A stretch of 64,000 nt of DNA, taken from positions 192,001 through 256,000 of the forward strand of contig CAVZVA010000010.1 of the NCBI GenBank assembly GCA_963778655.1, in the 5' to 3' direction. This DNA is from an uncultured delta proteobacterium (lineage in GTDB: Bacteria > Myxococcota_A > Polyangia > Polyangiales > JAFGIB01). Shown one piece after another: positions 49,351 to 59,584 of the stretch (the stretch's first letter is position 1; every line of letters starts with the position of its first letter). The notes below the pieces were generated by a model. That model was not told the DNA's origin and did no database searches. It saw nothing but the letters and a program-made list of their open reading frames with translations. Both the position numbers and the translations under genes were made by a program.

Positions 49351-50505
49351 ATGAGCTACGCACAGGGTGGAACGTTCTACGATTCGGACAGCCATCTGAT
49401 GGAAACCACGGACTGGCTGCGCAGCCACGCCACCACGGAGGAAGCCGCGCTGATCGGCGAGCTGAGCCCGGGCAACGCCGGGCTCGGCGTGCACAAGGCG
49501 ATCGCGAAGGCCGAAGCGCGGCGCGGCGATCCCGAAGCCACCGCCAAGCTGTTGCAGGAGCCGATCATCTCAGGACCCAAGGGTTGGTTCGCCTATGGGG
49601 CGAGCACACCCGACGAGCGCAGCAAGGCGCTCGACCTGCTCGGCTTTCAGCGCCAGCTGGTGTTCCCCACCTTCGCGCTCGGCCAGTTCGTGCGCTCCAG
49701 CAAAGACGACGTGCTCTACGCCGGCGCCAACGCGCTCAACCGCGGCATGGCGCGCTTCTGCGCCAACGACGCGCGCATGCTCGCGGTCGGCTTTCTGCCG
49801 CTGCGCGATCCGGCGCGAGCGATGGCGACGCTGCGAGCCGGGATCGCCGAGGGCGTGAAGGCGTTCTGGGTCAGCGCCGATCCGGCCGGCGATCGCTCAC
49901 CGGCGCACGTCGATCACGAGTCGCTGTGGGCCGAGCTCGCGGCGGCCAACGTGCCGATCGTGCTGCACATCGGTGCCGGGCGCCTGCTGCAGCCGGCCTA
50001 TCACAACAACGGCCGCCCGCGGCCCAGCGACTGGCTGGGCGGCGGCGAGAACCTGCGCGCCAAAGACTGGCCGGCGGCCGCGCACGCCGCGCAGAACTTC
50101 CTGACTGCGTTCGTGCTTGACGGCGTGTTCGAGCGCCATCCCGCCCTGCGCTGCGGCGTGATCGAGCTGGGAGGCACGTGGGTGCCGAGCTTCATGCAAC
50201 TGCTCGACCAGGCCGCCAACAGCTTCAAGAAGAGCGAGCCGCTCCTGGGCGAGCTCACGCGCAAGCCCTCCGAGTACCTGCGCCGCCAAGTGCGCGTGAG
50301 CCTGTTTGCGTTCGAGGACGCGGGCGCGCTGATCGAGCAGGCGGGCGATGAGCTGTTCATGTTCGCGTCGGACTACCCGCATCCCGAGGGCGGCCGCGAT
50401 CCGCTTGGACGCTTCCAGGCCTCGCTCGATGCGCGCGGCATCGGACAGGCGGCGCGCGAGCGCTTCTACCACCGGAACTTCGCGGAGCTGATGGGCCTGC
50501 ACTGA
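49351..50505 (+). CDS. Amidohydrolase family 2 protein
   Basis: DSDSHLME, LHIG, GVFERHP.L..IE, FASDYPHPEG. Confidence 0.92.
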   Translation: MSYAQGGTFYDSDSHLMETTDWLRSHATTEEAALIGELSPGNAGLGVHKAIAKAEARRGDPEATAKLLQEPIISGPKGWFAYGASTPDERSKALDLLGFQRQLVFPTFALGQFVRSSKDDVLYAGANALNRGMARFCANDARMLAVGFLPLRDPARAMATLRAGIAEGVKAFWVSADPAGDRSPAHVDHESLWAELAAANVPIVLHIGAGRLLQPAYHNNGRPRPSDWLGGGENLRAKDWPAAAHAAQNFLTAFVLDGVFERHPALRCGVIELGGTWVPSFMQLLDQAANSFKKSEPLLGELTRKPSEYLRRQVRVSLFAFEDAGALIEQAGDELFMFASDYPHPEGGRDPLGRFQASLDARGIGQAARERFYHRNFAELMGLH

Positions 50506-50564
50506 GCGGGCGCGGAGGCCCGCGCGCGCCCGAACGCCCGATTTGCGCGCGCGCCGCTCTGTGC

Positions 50565-51593
50565 TCAGGCGCGTGCTCGGGCGCGGTAGCGCCTGCGCGC
50601 CGCTCGGCCGGACAGCGCGAACGCCGGGATCAGCCATGGCCAGACGCTGGCCGGCGAAGACGCGGCCCCCAGCGCGCTGCAGCCCGACCCCCCCGACCCC
50701 GCCATGGACCCGGGGGTGAGGTGCGCGCCGCCCTGGCCGCCGCCGGTCGCACAGCTGAGCTGCACGTCGGTCGCGTCGGTCTGCAGCGTGCCGTCCACGC
50801 CTGCCAGCTCGGCCTCGACCCGCAGCGCGTGCTTGCCCTCACTCAACCCCTCGTGCATCGCATACATGTCGATGGGCTGGCCGGAGGCGAGCGGCCGATC
50901 CGGGCATTCAGCGAACACCTTGGTCTGGGCCGCGCTGAAGTCGTAGGGCGGCTCACCCAGGGACCAGGTCGGGCTCCATTCGCTGCCGTCCACCAGCGTG
51001 CGGTACGACAACAAGCTGGCCCAGGGCGCGGCCTGCTCGGAAAGCGCTACGTCCACGTCCACGATCACCGCGGGCAGCGGTGTGTCGCACGAGCCGCTGA
51101 CGGTCCCGACCCGGATTTCTCCGGCGGCGGGCGCGCTCACCACCAGCGTCCCCAGGCTGTCGGGGAAGTCGCTCGCTTCTGCAGTCTGCAGCTCGACCGC
51201 GGGCGTGGCGCACTCGCCGTCGACCTCCATCCGGTAGCGGGCTCCGGCGGCGAGCGGCGCGGCGGGCCTTATCCACTGCAGCCCCGAGCTCTGGGCCTCG
51301 AGCGTGAACGCCACCGGCTCGGCGGCGCCGCCATCCAGGCGCAGGAACCGCAGCGCGGGCAGGGTGTTGCCGGGCTGGGGTTGGGTGTAGTCCTTGGGTG
51401 GCAGCCAAACCAGCACCGGGGCATTGGCGGGTATCACCTCTCCGTCGCCCGGCATGAACCAACCCTCGAAGCACGGGAGCGGCGAGCACGCGCGGGCCGG
51501 CGCGCAATGCAGCAAGGCGACACCCAACGCAGCCCACGCCGTGGCACCAGCGCAGCCCCGACGCCACCGTCGCTTGCTCGATCGTGCGTGCAT
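50565..51593 (-). CDS. Secreted surface protein with Ig-like domain and MYXO-CTERM-like tail
   Basis: Signal ARAC, IPANA..IRPAAPLAAGARY, C-terminal GCS..hydrophobic..RRR. Confidence 0.7.
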   Translation of the reverse strand: MHARSSKRRWRRGCAGATAWAALGVALLHCAPARACSPLPCFEGWFMPGDGEVIPANAPVLVWLPPKDYTQPQPGNTLPALRFLRLDGGAAEPVAFTLEAQSSGLQWIRPAAPLAAGARYRMEVDGECATPAVELQTAEASDFPDSLGTLVVSAPAAGEIRVGTVSGSCDTPLPAVIVDVDVALSEQAAPWASLLSYRTLVDGSEWSPTWSLGEPPYDFSAAQTKVFAECPDRPLASGQPIDMYAMHEGLSEGKHALRVEAELAGVDGTLQTDATDVQLSCATGGGQGGAHLTPGSMAGSGGSGCSALGAASSPASVWPWLIPAFALSGRAARRRYRARARA

Positions 51594-51731
51594 GCAGCCC
51601 CGGCGAACTCTGGCGCGGGGCGTAAATCGGCGCAACCCGCCCGCAGGCCGCCGCCGGCCGAGCTTGCTCGGTAGCGCGGAAGCGGCAACCCGGCGGCGCG
51701 CCGCCCAGATGGCGGTCGCCCGCTGCGGCTG

Positions 51732-54700
51732 TTACGGCGGCGCCATCGAGGGCGACCTGCAGGCTCCCGCCACGTCACCGTGGTCGAGCAGCTCGGCGGC
51801 CAGGCGCGAAAGCAGATCTCCGCGAGCCACCTGTTCGGCGCCTTCGACTTGGAGCGCGAGGACCGCGGCCAGGCAGCGCTCCGGCTGCATGCTGAACAGC
51901 GCGATCGCCTTGAAGCGCCGCCCGTCGCGATCGGTGTGGCGGGAGGGCACCGCGCTCTGCGAATCCGTTTCGGAGCAGGTCGTCTCGGCCGTGGATAGCC
52001 CCGCATCGGCTTCGCTCAGGAAGGCGGCGACCTCGGCAGCGGCCCAGCGCCGCAACCAGTCGTCGAGGCCGGGCTCCGGCATCGGGTCGGGCAACCCCGC
52101 CATCAACATCAAGCCGTCTGCATCCACGCCGTACAGGTAGCCGGCGAAGCTCTCCATGTGCTGCAGCAGGACTGTCAGGGCACAGCGCGCGCGATCGGCG
52201 CGGTCGGCGCACTCCTCCATGCGGCTGTAGATCGTGGCGTACTCGCTCTCGCTGTGCTCGGAGCTCAACGCTTCGAGCTGCGCCGTCGGCACGATCGGGG
52301 CCTCGCTGGCGCTGCGCGCATCGTCGAGCAGGCGAGCGAACCTCGCCGCCAGCGCGGGATTCTTGCGCAGCTTGTACACGCTGCCGCAGAGCCCCGCGAA
52401 GTGCTCGAACGCGGCGGCATCGCCCAACTCGAATGCAATCCGAGCTCGGGTTTCGTACGCGAATCCAACCAGGACGGTGCCCGACTCCTGCTGCAGCAAG
52501 CCCGCGATCATCCGCTCGGCGAGCGCGACGCCTTCGGCGCCTCGTCCGTCGCGCGTGAGCGCGACCGCCAGCGCCAGCCCGAGCTGCCGTCCAAACGAAG
52601 CTGTGGCCAGCTCTTCGCGCTCGCACAGCGCCAGGTGCTCGCGGCCGACCTCGCAGGCCTCTGCCACGCGCCCGAGGTCGGTCAGCAGCGCGACCTGGGC
52701 GGCGGCGAAGGGAACGAAGCACCAGTGCCGGCCGGCCGGCGCGAGCTCGCGCGCGGCCAACAGCTGCTCGAGCGCGCCTTGGAAGTCGCCCTGGAGCTGG
52801 CGCAGGCGAACCTCGCCATAGACCTGCACCGGCCGCCACCCCGGCTGGCGCTCGGCCAGCAGCGCGACGCGCTCGAGCGCGGTCCGCAGGCCCACCAGGT
52901 CGCCGCTGAGGGCGGGCGTCATCAGCTCGATCGCGAAGGTCGAGCCGATCGCGTACTGCTCGCCTCCGACCTGCAGCTGCAGCGCCTCCGCGCGCCGCAT
53001 GCAGCGCCGCGCCTCATCCACGTCGCCGCGGCTCAGGTGCATGAGCTGGCGCACGCGCCACGCACTCACCCGAAAGATGCGATCGCCATCCAGCACGGCG
53101 GCGTGCGTTTCCGCCTCTTCGCTGCCGTTGACCCCGCAGCGCATCCCCAGCAAGAGGTGCAGGCCGGCGCGGACGCGCACGTGATGCGCCTCGGGCAGCC
53201 CGGCGCGGTCGGGTTGCTCGACGCGCGCCAGCAGCTCCTCGTAGATCATGGCCGAGCGCTCGAAACGACCCTGCACCCAGGCCTTGCTCGCGTCACCCAT
53301 GCGCTCGATCACGCTCAGCGCCGGGGAGAGCGGGGCGAGCGGCGCGAGCGACGGAAGCTCGTTCCAGACGTCGAGCTCGAAGCTCGCGAGACCGACCGAA
53401 TGAAAGACCGAGGCGAGCCGAACCAGCTCGGGGATTGCCTCGGTGACGGAGTATCCGCGAGCCTGTTCGGGCGTGGCCAGGTACTGCTCCTGGGCCTTGG
53501 TGAGCGCCTGGGCCAGCCGCTCCTGCGGGGGTAGCTGCTCGAGCGTGCGGTACAGCGCGAGACCGGTGTCGCGATCGAGCTGATCGAGCAGCGGCTGCAC
53601 GTTGGCCAAGAAACAAGGGAAGTCGGGCACCGCCTGGGCTTCGATCACAAGCGCCATGCGCAAGCGCTGAACCGTGCGCACGCTCAGGCCGAGCCGCTCG
53701 GCGCTGGCGACCGCCCGCTCGAGCAACGACAGCGGGGTGTGGTGGCCGCTGAGGCTCGTGCTCGACAGCAATTCGATCGCCTCGAGGTCATGGCCACCTC
53801 CGCACCCGAGCAGATGGTGGACGCGACGCATGACGTCGCCGCCGGTCTCTGCGAGCCAGCGCGCGACCCGCTCGTGCACGGCCACCGCGACCGCCGGGGT
53901 CATGGCCGACGCCACCACCGCGAAGAAGCCGCGCTGGCTGAAGCGATAGCGGTCGCCGTCGGCGGCGATCACGCGCATGGCGACCAGCTCGTCGAGCGCC
54001 GCGTACACGCGCGGCGGGGTGCGATGCTGGGTAAAGCTCGGGTAGCTGCCGACTGGCGGCGCATCGCCGTCGCTGATGCACAATACGTCGCACAGCTCGC
54101 GCGCGTCGGGAGACAGCGCGTCGAGGCGCTGCTGCAACGACGTCAGGAAGCTGGCGGGAAGCTCGCGCTCGCTCAGGCTCGCCGGCAGCGCGAAGCCCCC
54201 CGCGCGGTAGCGGACGATCCCGGTGCTGACCAAGTGCTGTGCCAGCTCCATGGTGGCGCGCGGATTGCCCTGCGCCAGCCCGTAGATGCGCGCGGCGACC
54301 AGCTGCAGGTGGGGCACGTCGCCGAACACCGCGCGGGTCAAGCTCTCGGACTGCGCCTGGGTCAGGGGCTCGAGCGCAACTTGGGAGCCAACCGAGCGCA
54401 ACAGGCGTTGCGCCGGTGAAATCGCGGAGTTGCTGTCGCGGTCGATCGCCAGCGCCACGACCAGCGGATGGCGTTCGGCCTTGTACGCCAGCGCGGCGAG
54501 CACGGCCATGGACGGCTCGTCGATGCGCTCGAAGTCGTCGATCGCGATCAGCAGGCGCTGCTTGCGCGTCAGCGCGAGCACGAAATCCCGCAGCTCGCGG
54601 ACCAGCAGCTCGCGCTCCGGGACGACCACCGAAGTCGAGCCGCTGCCTTCATAGGGCAGATCGTCCAGCACCGGAGCGAGCACCTTGCGCGACAGGCGGG

Positions 54701-55832
54701 CGGCTTGGGCGGCCTGCTTGGGCATCAGCGCGAACAACTGGCGTCCGAGCGCACGCACCACGCCGAAGTCACCCTGCGCGCCATCGCCGGCGTCCGCACG
54801 CAACACCGCGGCCCCGAGCAGCTTGGCTTCGATGGCGCAGGCGTCGAGCAAGCGCGAGCGGCCGGAGCCGGCCACGCCTTCGATCAAGAGCACGCCGCCG
54901 TCGCCGCGCCCGAGCGAGAGCAACTGCTTGCGCACGGCGACCAGCGCGCGATCGCGCCCGATCAGCGTCGGAGCGATCAGGTAGGCGTGCGAGACCGCGA
55001 CCTGCTCCTCGAGCGGAAGCTCCGCGATCGCGCACAGCCGGCTCAGCACCTCGGCCGCGCTATGGGGCCGGGCGTTGCGGTCGAGCGCCAGCAGGTTCAG
55101 GATGAGGTCGCTGAGCGAGCCGGGGATTTCCGGGACGAGCCGCGACGGGGGCTGCGGGCGCGAGCGCCAGGCGTCGCGAAGGTTGCGAATGCTGCGCGCG
55201 TGATATGGGTAGCGGTCGGTCAGCAGGCGGTAGCCGAGCGCGCCCAGCGAGAACAGGTCGGCGCGCCCGTCGAGGGTCTGCATCTGCAGCACCTCCGGCG
55301 CCATGAACGCGGGCGTGCCCACGATCTCCTTGGGCGCGCCCATCGAGGTCATCGCGCCGAAGTCGAGCAGCTTGGCGCGCCCGTCCGGCGTGCGCCGCAC
55401 GTTGCGCGTCGAGACGTCGCGGTGCAGCAGGCCGCGCGCGTGCAGGATCGCCAGCGAGGAGGCGACGTCGCGGAGCAAGGCGCAAACTTCCCGCCAGGGC
55501 AGCTTGCCGCTGCTCTCGAGGTCGTTGCCCCCGAGCAGCTCCATGACGTAGTAGGGCCCGTGCTCGTCGACCCCGTAGTCGTAGACCTCGATGATGCTCG
55601 GATGCGCCAATTCGCACAGGGTGTGATATTCGCGCGCGAGCAACGCCTGGTAGCGCCGCTGCTTCCTGCTGTCTGCGGCCACGCCGCGCTTGAGGGCGAG
55701 GCTCTTGCCGGTTTGGGTGTCTCGCACCCGGTAGACGATCGCCATGCCGCCCCGGCCCAGGGCCTCCTCCAGCAGGTAGTGCCCGCCGACGACGACGCCG
55801 GATGGAGCGGAGGGCGCTTGCGCGTCGTCCAT
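51732..55832 (-). CDS. Ser/Thr protein kinase fused to AAA/STAND-like ATPase and helical repeats
   Basis: LGRGGMA, ALK, HRDVSTRN, DFG, GTPAFMAPE; IGRD, GVAGSGRS, IDD, GNP. Confidence 0.93.
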   Translation of the reverse strand: MDDAQAPSAPSGVVVGGHYLLEEALGRGGMAIVYRVRDTQTGKSLALKRGVAADSRKQRRYQALLAREYHTLCELAHPSIIEVYDYGVDEHGPYYVMELLGGNDLESSGKLPWREVCALLRDVASSLAILHARGLLHRDVSTRNVRRTPDGRAKLLDFGAMTSMGAPKEIVGTPAFMAPEVLQMQTLDGRADLFSLGALGYRLLTDRYPYHARSIRNLRDAWRSRPQPPSRLVPEIPGSLSDLILNLLALDRNARPHSAAEVLSRLCAIAELPLEEQVAVSHAYLIAPTLIGRDRALVAVRKQLLSLGRGDGGVLLIEGVAGSGRSRLLDACAIEAKLLGAAVLRADAGDGAQGDFGVVRALGRQLFALMPKQAAQAARLSRKVLAPVLDDLPYEGSGSTSVVVPERELLVRELRDFVLALTRKQRLLIAIDDFERIDEPSMAVLAALAYKAERHPLVVALAIDRDSNSAISPAQRLLRSVGSQVALEPLTQAQSESLTRAVFGDVPHLQLVAARIYGLAQGNPRATMELAQHLVSTGIVRYRAGGFALPASLSERELPASFLTSLQQRLDALSPDARELCDVLCISDGDAPPVGSYPSFTQHRTPPRVYAALDELVAMRVIAADGDRYRFSQRGFFAVVASAMTPAVAVAVHERVARWLAETGGDVMRRVHHLLGCGGGHDLEAIELLSSTSLSGHHTPLSLLERAVASAERLGLSVRTVQRLRMALVIEAQAVPDFPCFLANVQPLLDQLDRDTGLALYRTLEQLPPQERLAQALTKAQEQYLATPEQARGYSVTEAIPELVRLASVFHSVGLASFELDVWNELPSLAPLAPLSPALSVIERMGDASKAWVQGRFERSAMIYEELLARVEQPDRAGLPEAHHVRVRAGLHLLLGMRCGVNGSEEAETHAAVLDGDRIFRVSAWRVRQLMHLSRGDVDEARRCMRRAEALQLQVGGEQYAIGSTFAIELMTPALSGDLVGLRTALERVALLAERQPGWRPVQVYGEVRLRQLQGDFQGALEQLLAARELAPAGRHWCFVPFAAAQVALLTDLGRVAEACEVGREHLALCEREELATASFGRQLGLALAVALTRDGRGAEGVALAERMIAGLLQQESGTVLVGFAYETRARIAFELGDAAAFEHFAGLCGSVYKLRKNPALAARFARLLDDARSASEAPIVPTAQLEALSSEHSESEYATIYSRMEECADRADRARCALTVLLQHMESFAGYLYGVDADGLMLMAGLPDPMPEPGLDDWLRRWAAAEVAAFLSEADAGLSTAETTCSETDSQSAVPSRHTDRDGRRFKAIALFSMQPERCLAAVLALQVEGAEQVARGDLLSRLAAELLDHGDVAGACRSPSMAPP

Positions 55833-55871
55833 GGCTCATCATCGCACGCAACGGCGCAGCGGCGAAGGTAG

Positions 55872-57407
55872 TCAGCGGTGCGCCTTCGGAGAGGCCGCGG
55901 CGGGGCCGGGGCGCGGGCGACGGGCCAGCACCAAGAGCAGCGCGCCCAGCCCCAGCGCGAGCGCGCTCAACGCCAGCGCGAGCCCGGTCGCGAGCGGGCC
56001 GCCTTGGCTGAGCCACAGGTCGAGCGTCTTGGGAGTCGGGTCGTGGCGCGGCCGCCAGGCGGGGATGCCGAGGTTCCGCCAGGGATAGTACGAGCGCTGA
56101 GTCCAGGGGCGCTTGTGCAGATAGCGCTCGAGCAACCACTGCTGGCCCACGATCGGATTGAGCTCGGGGATGAAATGCAGCGCGAGCAGCTCGTCGCGCA
56201 CGGCGCTTCTGTCCCGAGGGTGGCCGATCACGGTGCTGCTGGCGGCGGTCGAGGCGATGATGAGCTGCGAGGGCGCGATCAGCACGGCGAGCAGCTGCAC
56301 GTACAGTCCGGCCACACCGAGCGCGAGCACGAGCGCGCGTGCCGCGCCGCCGTGCCGCAACGGCCACAGCGCAGGCACGCAGGCCAGTGGCACGACCGGC
56401 AGCAGCAGCCGCGGGCCCCACGCCCAGTCGCCGTTCCAGGCCCACCACTTGGAGACCGCGAGCAGCGTCACCAGGGTCGGGATGCCGAGCAGCCACAGCT
56501 CGCGGCGCCGTTCACGCAGCATGCGAGGAAAGCCCCACAGGCTCGCGAGCAACAGCGGCGAGTACAGAAAGACGCTCTTGCCCGAGCTGAACAGCAGGCC
56601 GTACAGGCCGGATGCGAGCGGCACGCCGAAGCTGATCGATCCGTCGCGCTCGACGCCGTAGCCCTGGGCGAGGAGGCTGCCGTAGCGCGCGTAGTTGTAC
56701 CCGAGCCAGGCGAGCGCGCCCGGCAGCGCACCCAGGCAGAACACAGCGGCGCTGCGCCAGCGCGCGCGGTCCCAGCGCTCGTGCAGCTGGTCGGCCAGCA
56801 TCGCCAGAGGCAGCACGGCCAGCAGGATCTTGGCGTTGATCGCGAGCCCTGCCAGCAGACCGGCCGCGAAGAATGCGCCCCGCGCGCGCGCATCGCGGGC
56901 GCGCAGCGTGGCGAGCACGGCCCACACCAGCAACAGCGCCTGCAGCGTCTCGCTGTAGAGGCTGCGGCCGGCTGGAAGGATGGGCGTCGTGAACGTGACC
57001 AGCAGGGCGAAGGCGAGCGCGATTTGTGGGCTTGCCTCGAACGCCAGCGCGAGCTGGAACAGGCCGACCGCAAGCAGGCCGGTCACGGCGTGCGGCGGAA
57101 CCCCGAGCGCGAAACCGGCGAGCCCAGGCTCGTGCGGCCAGTGCGCGCCCACCACGTGGCGCAGCGCAACCGCCGGCACGCACTGCAACACGTCGAGCAA
57201 GGGGTACTTCGCGTAGCGCCTGTTGCCGCGCGGCCGGATGTCGATGCCGCCGTGGTCGACGATCGAATCGGCCACCTGACACATCAACGACGCGTCGCCG
57301 GCATACGGGTTGGCGCGCGCCACCACCCCCAGCAGCGTGAACACGAAACAGAACAACACGAGCTGCAAAGCCCAGGTCGAGCTCGGTGGTGCTTTGGCGG
57401 CGGTCAT
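55872..57407 (-). CDS. GT-C-fold membrane glycosyltransferase-like protein
   Basis: Multiple TMs, YAKYP, LYSE, YNYARYG, GKSVFLYSP, WGPRLLLP. Confidence 0.78.
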   Translation of the reverse strand: MTAAKAPPSSTWALQLVLFCFVFTLLGVVARANPYAGDASLMCQVADSIVDHGGIDIRPRGNRRYAKYPLLDVLQCVPAVALRHVVGAHWPHEPGLAGFALGVPPHAVTGLLAVGLFQLALAFEASPQIALAFALLVTFTTPILPAGRSLYSETLQALLLVWAVLATLRARDARARGAFFAAGLLAGLAINAKILLAVLPLAMLADQLHERWDRARWRSAAVFCLGALPGALAWLGYNYARYGSLLAQGYGVERDGSISFGVPLASGLYGLLFSSGKSVFLYSPLLLASLWGFPRMLRERRRELWLLGIPTLVTLLAVSKWWAWNGDWAWGPRLLLPVVPLACVPALWPLRHGGAARALVLALGVAGLYVQLLAVLIAPSQLIIASTAASSTVIGHPRDRSAVRDELLALHFIPELNPIVGQQWLLERYLHKRPWTQRSYYPWRNLGIPAWRPRHDPTPKTLDLWLSQGGPLATGLALALSALALGLGALLLVLARRPRPGPAAASPKAHR

Positions 57408-57530
57408 GGAGCGCGAGGGGTGCTGGGCTCGGCGTGCCTGGTGCGCGCGCGCTTGTCGAGCCCCAAACGTCGCAGCTCTTGCGCGCCGGCTGCGGGCACT
57501 GCCCTGGCCGCGCCGCGCTCCACCCGCGGG

Positions 57531-58172
57531 TCAGTTCTGCTGCGCGCCGGCGGCGATCCAGTCGTGGACCGCGGCGATCGATGCGTCGTCCCACTGGCGC
57601 AGCGCCGGGGGCATGCGCTGCCCGCCGGTCGTGGGCTCGTCCTCGCTGATCTTGATGTAGAGGATGCTCTGCTCCGGGGCGCCAGGCGAAAGATAAGGCC
57701 GCACCGCAATGTAGGCCGCGGCCGCAGCGTCGACCGCGAACTTGCCCGGGGCGTCGCTGCCGCCCTCGACGCCGGGCAGACCCGGCAGACCGGGCCGCGG
57801 CCCGCCCGCGTCATCGCCGCTGCCCGCCAGGCCGTGACAGTTGCCACACGAGTCGACCAGGCGCGGATAGATGTCCAGCGTCCAACGCGGACCGCCGGCG
57901 TCCGGCGAGCCGGCGTCGATCGGACCGGCATCGTGGCTCTGGTGTTGCGAAGCGTCGGGCGTGTCCTTGGTCGCCGATGCGTCGTGCCCGGCGTCGAGCG
58001 CCTGCCGGCCGGCGTCCACGCCGGGCGAGGCCTCGGGTGCGCCGGCGCTGGCGTCGCGCGCGCCCGCGTCTTGCAGCTTGTGCCCATCCGTCTGGCAGGC
58101 GCCGAGCCCGCCTAGAATTGCCAGGGTCGCGGCGATGGCCGGGGCCCGGCTCGCTGGTTTCGGTGTCGTCAT
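57531..58172 (-). CDS. c-type cytochrome lipoprotein
   Basis: GGAGG RBS, lipobox LGAC, CGNCH heme motif, PGAPEQSILY..RMPP..WIAAGA. Confidence 0.85.
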   Translation of the reverse strand: MTTPKPASRAPAIAATLAILGGLGACQTDGHKLQDAGARDASAGAPEASPGVDAGRQALDAGHDASATKDTPDASQHQSHDAGPIDAGSPDAGGPRWTLDIYPRLVDSCGNCHGLAGSGDDAGGPRPGLPGLPGVEGGSDAPGKFAVDAAAAAYIAVRPYLSPGAPEQSILYIKISEDEPTTGGQRMPPALRQWDDASIAAVHDWIAAGAQQN

Positions 58173-58240
58173 GGTCGTGGTCCTCCGAGCGCCCGCCCTG
58201 GGCAGCTCAGGGACCCGATAGAGCAACTTCCGTGCCGCTA

Positions 58241-59205
58241 TAGGAATTTGACTTCCTAAATCACCTTCCGGAATTTTGGCGGTTAAATGGGCTAGATCCG
58301 AGGGATTCTGCGACACACCCTGGCACAGATCGGATATTTATTTCCTACCCACGGGTGCGATGGCCAGCCCCAACGAGAAGCGGGCGTCGGTACGGCCGGC
58401 GAACTCGGCTTCCTCCTCCAGGGTCGCGATCTCGCGCCGCAGCTCACCCTCGAAGCGGGTCAGGAAGGCCTGCAGCGACTCGGGCAGCGCGCAGAAGGTG
58501 ATCGTCTTGATCATCACCCCCTCGCGCTCGTCGAACACCAGCCGGTGCAGCACCGCGCTGTAGACGCCGTCGAGGAAGTGATTGAGCGCGTCGATCCGGT
58601 GGTGGAACTGGTCGGAGGCCAACACGTGGTAGCGAGCCGGCGCCTGCAGCCTACCGTCGGCGGCGAGCTCGGCGCGGCCCTCGGCGCGCAGCCGCTGCAC
58701 CGCGTGCTCGATCTCGGCCTCCGTGGCGCCGGGAAAACGCGCTGCGAGCTGTTCGGGGTGCGGGCGCGCGGCGGCGATCGCGTCCTCGACCTCGCGCACC
58801 AAGCCCACGTCGCGCTCGGCCGCGAAGAAGTCGCTGCGTAGCTTGCGCGCGAGCGAGCGCATGTGCCGATCGGTCTGCCCGAGGCGGCGGCCGGCGGCGG
58901 CCTGGGTCAGGCCCTCGTGACGCAGATGCTCGAAATAGGACAGCCGCAGCAGCTCGGCCAGGGTGCGCATCGGGACGTGGAAGCGTGCCGCCGCCCGCAC
59001 CACCGGCTTGAGCAGCGAGTACACGAGCCGGAGCTGGGCCTCGCGGAGCTGCGCCACCCCGGGACGGTAGCACCCCGAGCCGGAGCGGAACAAGACTTCC
59101 TATTTGAAGGGACAGCGCTCTACCAGCCAGCCAGGGCAGAAAAAGCTTCGCCATCCCCTGGGGTTAGGGTGGCGGTGGACAGCACCGTTCTGGAAGAAAA
59201 GTTCC
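58241..59205. promoter_or_regulatory. Four GGAW-N6-TTCC palindromic sites (58243, 58332, 59087, 59192)
   Basis: TAGGAAtttgacTTCCTA, CGGATatttatTTCCTA, CGGAAcaagacTTCCTA, TGGAAgaaaagTTCCTG. Confidence 0.7.
58338..59057 (-). CDS. Uncharacterised HTH-containing protein, putative regulator
   Basis: GLTQAAAGRRLGQTDRHMRSL HTH-like segment and a second wHTH-like segment. Confidence 0.65.
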   Translation of the reverse strand: MAQLREAQLRLVYSLLKPVVRAAARFHVPMRTLAELLRLSYFEHLRHEGLTQAAAGRRLGQTDRHMRSLARKLRSDFFAAERDVGLVREVEDAIAAARPHPEQLAARFPGATEAEIEHAVQRLRAEGRAELAADGRLQAPARYHVLASDQFHHRIDALNHFLDGVYSAVLHRLVFDEREGVMIKTITFCALPESLQAFLTRFEGELRREIATLEEEAEFAGRTDARFSLGLAIAPVGRK

Positions 59206-59233
59206 TGTATGGTAAGCTCCGCGGGTCCTTGCT

Positions 59234-59524
59234 TTGGAGGTCGTCGTGAACCCCTGCCCTCGGACCGCCCGCGCCGGCATACGCGGTCGCGCGCGCTTGC
59301 TGGCATGCCTGCTGGCCGCGGGCGCGGCGAGCGCGTGCACCGACAGCGGTGCGATGCAAATTGCCGGCGGCCAGGGCGGCGGCGGCTCCTCCGCGACCGA
59401 GACCAACGTCGCGCCGTTGCACTGCAATGCCAGCAGCGATTGCCCCAGCGGCGCGCAGTGCGTCGACAGCGCCTGCAGCACGGCAGCGAGCGACAGCGAC
59501 GGCGGCGCCGAGCTCCCGCCGTGA
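59234..59524 (+). CDS. Small Cys-containing lipoprotein
   Basis: Lipobox ASAC, C...SDCPSGAQC....C; start probably at a downstream GTG. Confidence 0.65.
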   Translation: MEVVVNPCPRTARAGIRGRARLLACLLAAGAASACTDSGAMQIAGGQGGGGSSATETNVAPLHCNASSDCPSGAQCVDSACSTAASDSDGGAELPP

Positions 59525-59584
59525 GGCCACGACGCTGCTCGTCCTCGCAGTCGTGCGCGTCCTCTGCGACCACGCGCGGGCCAG

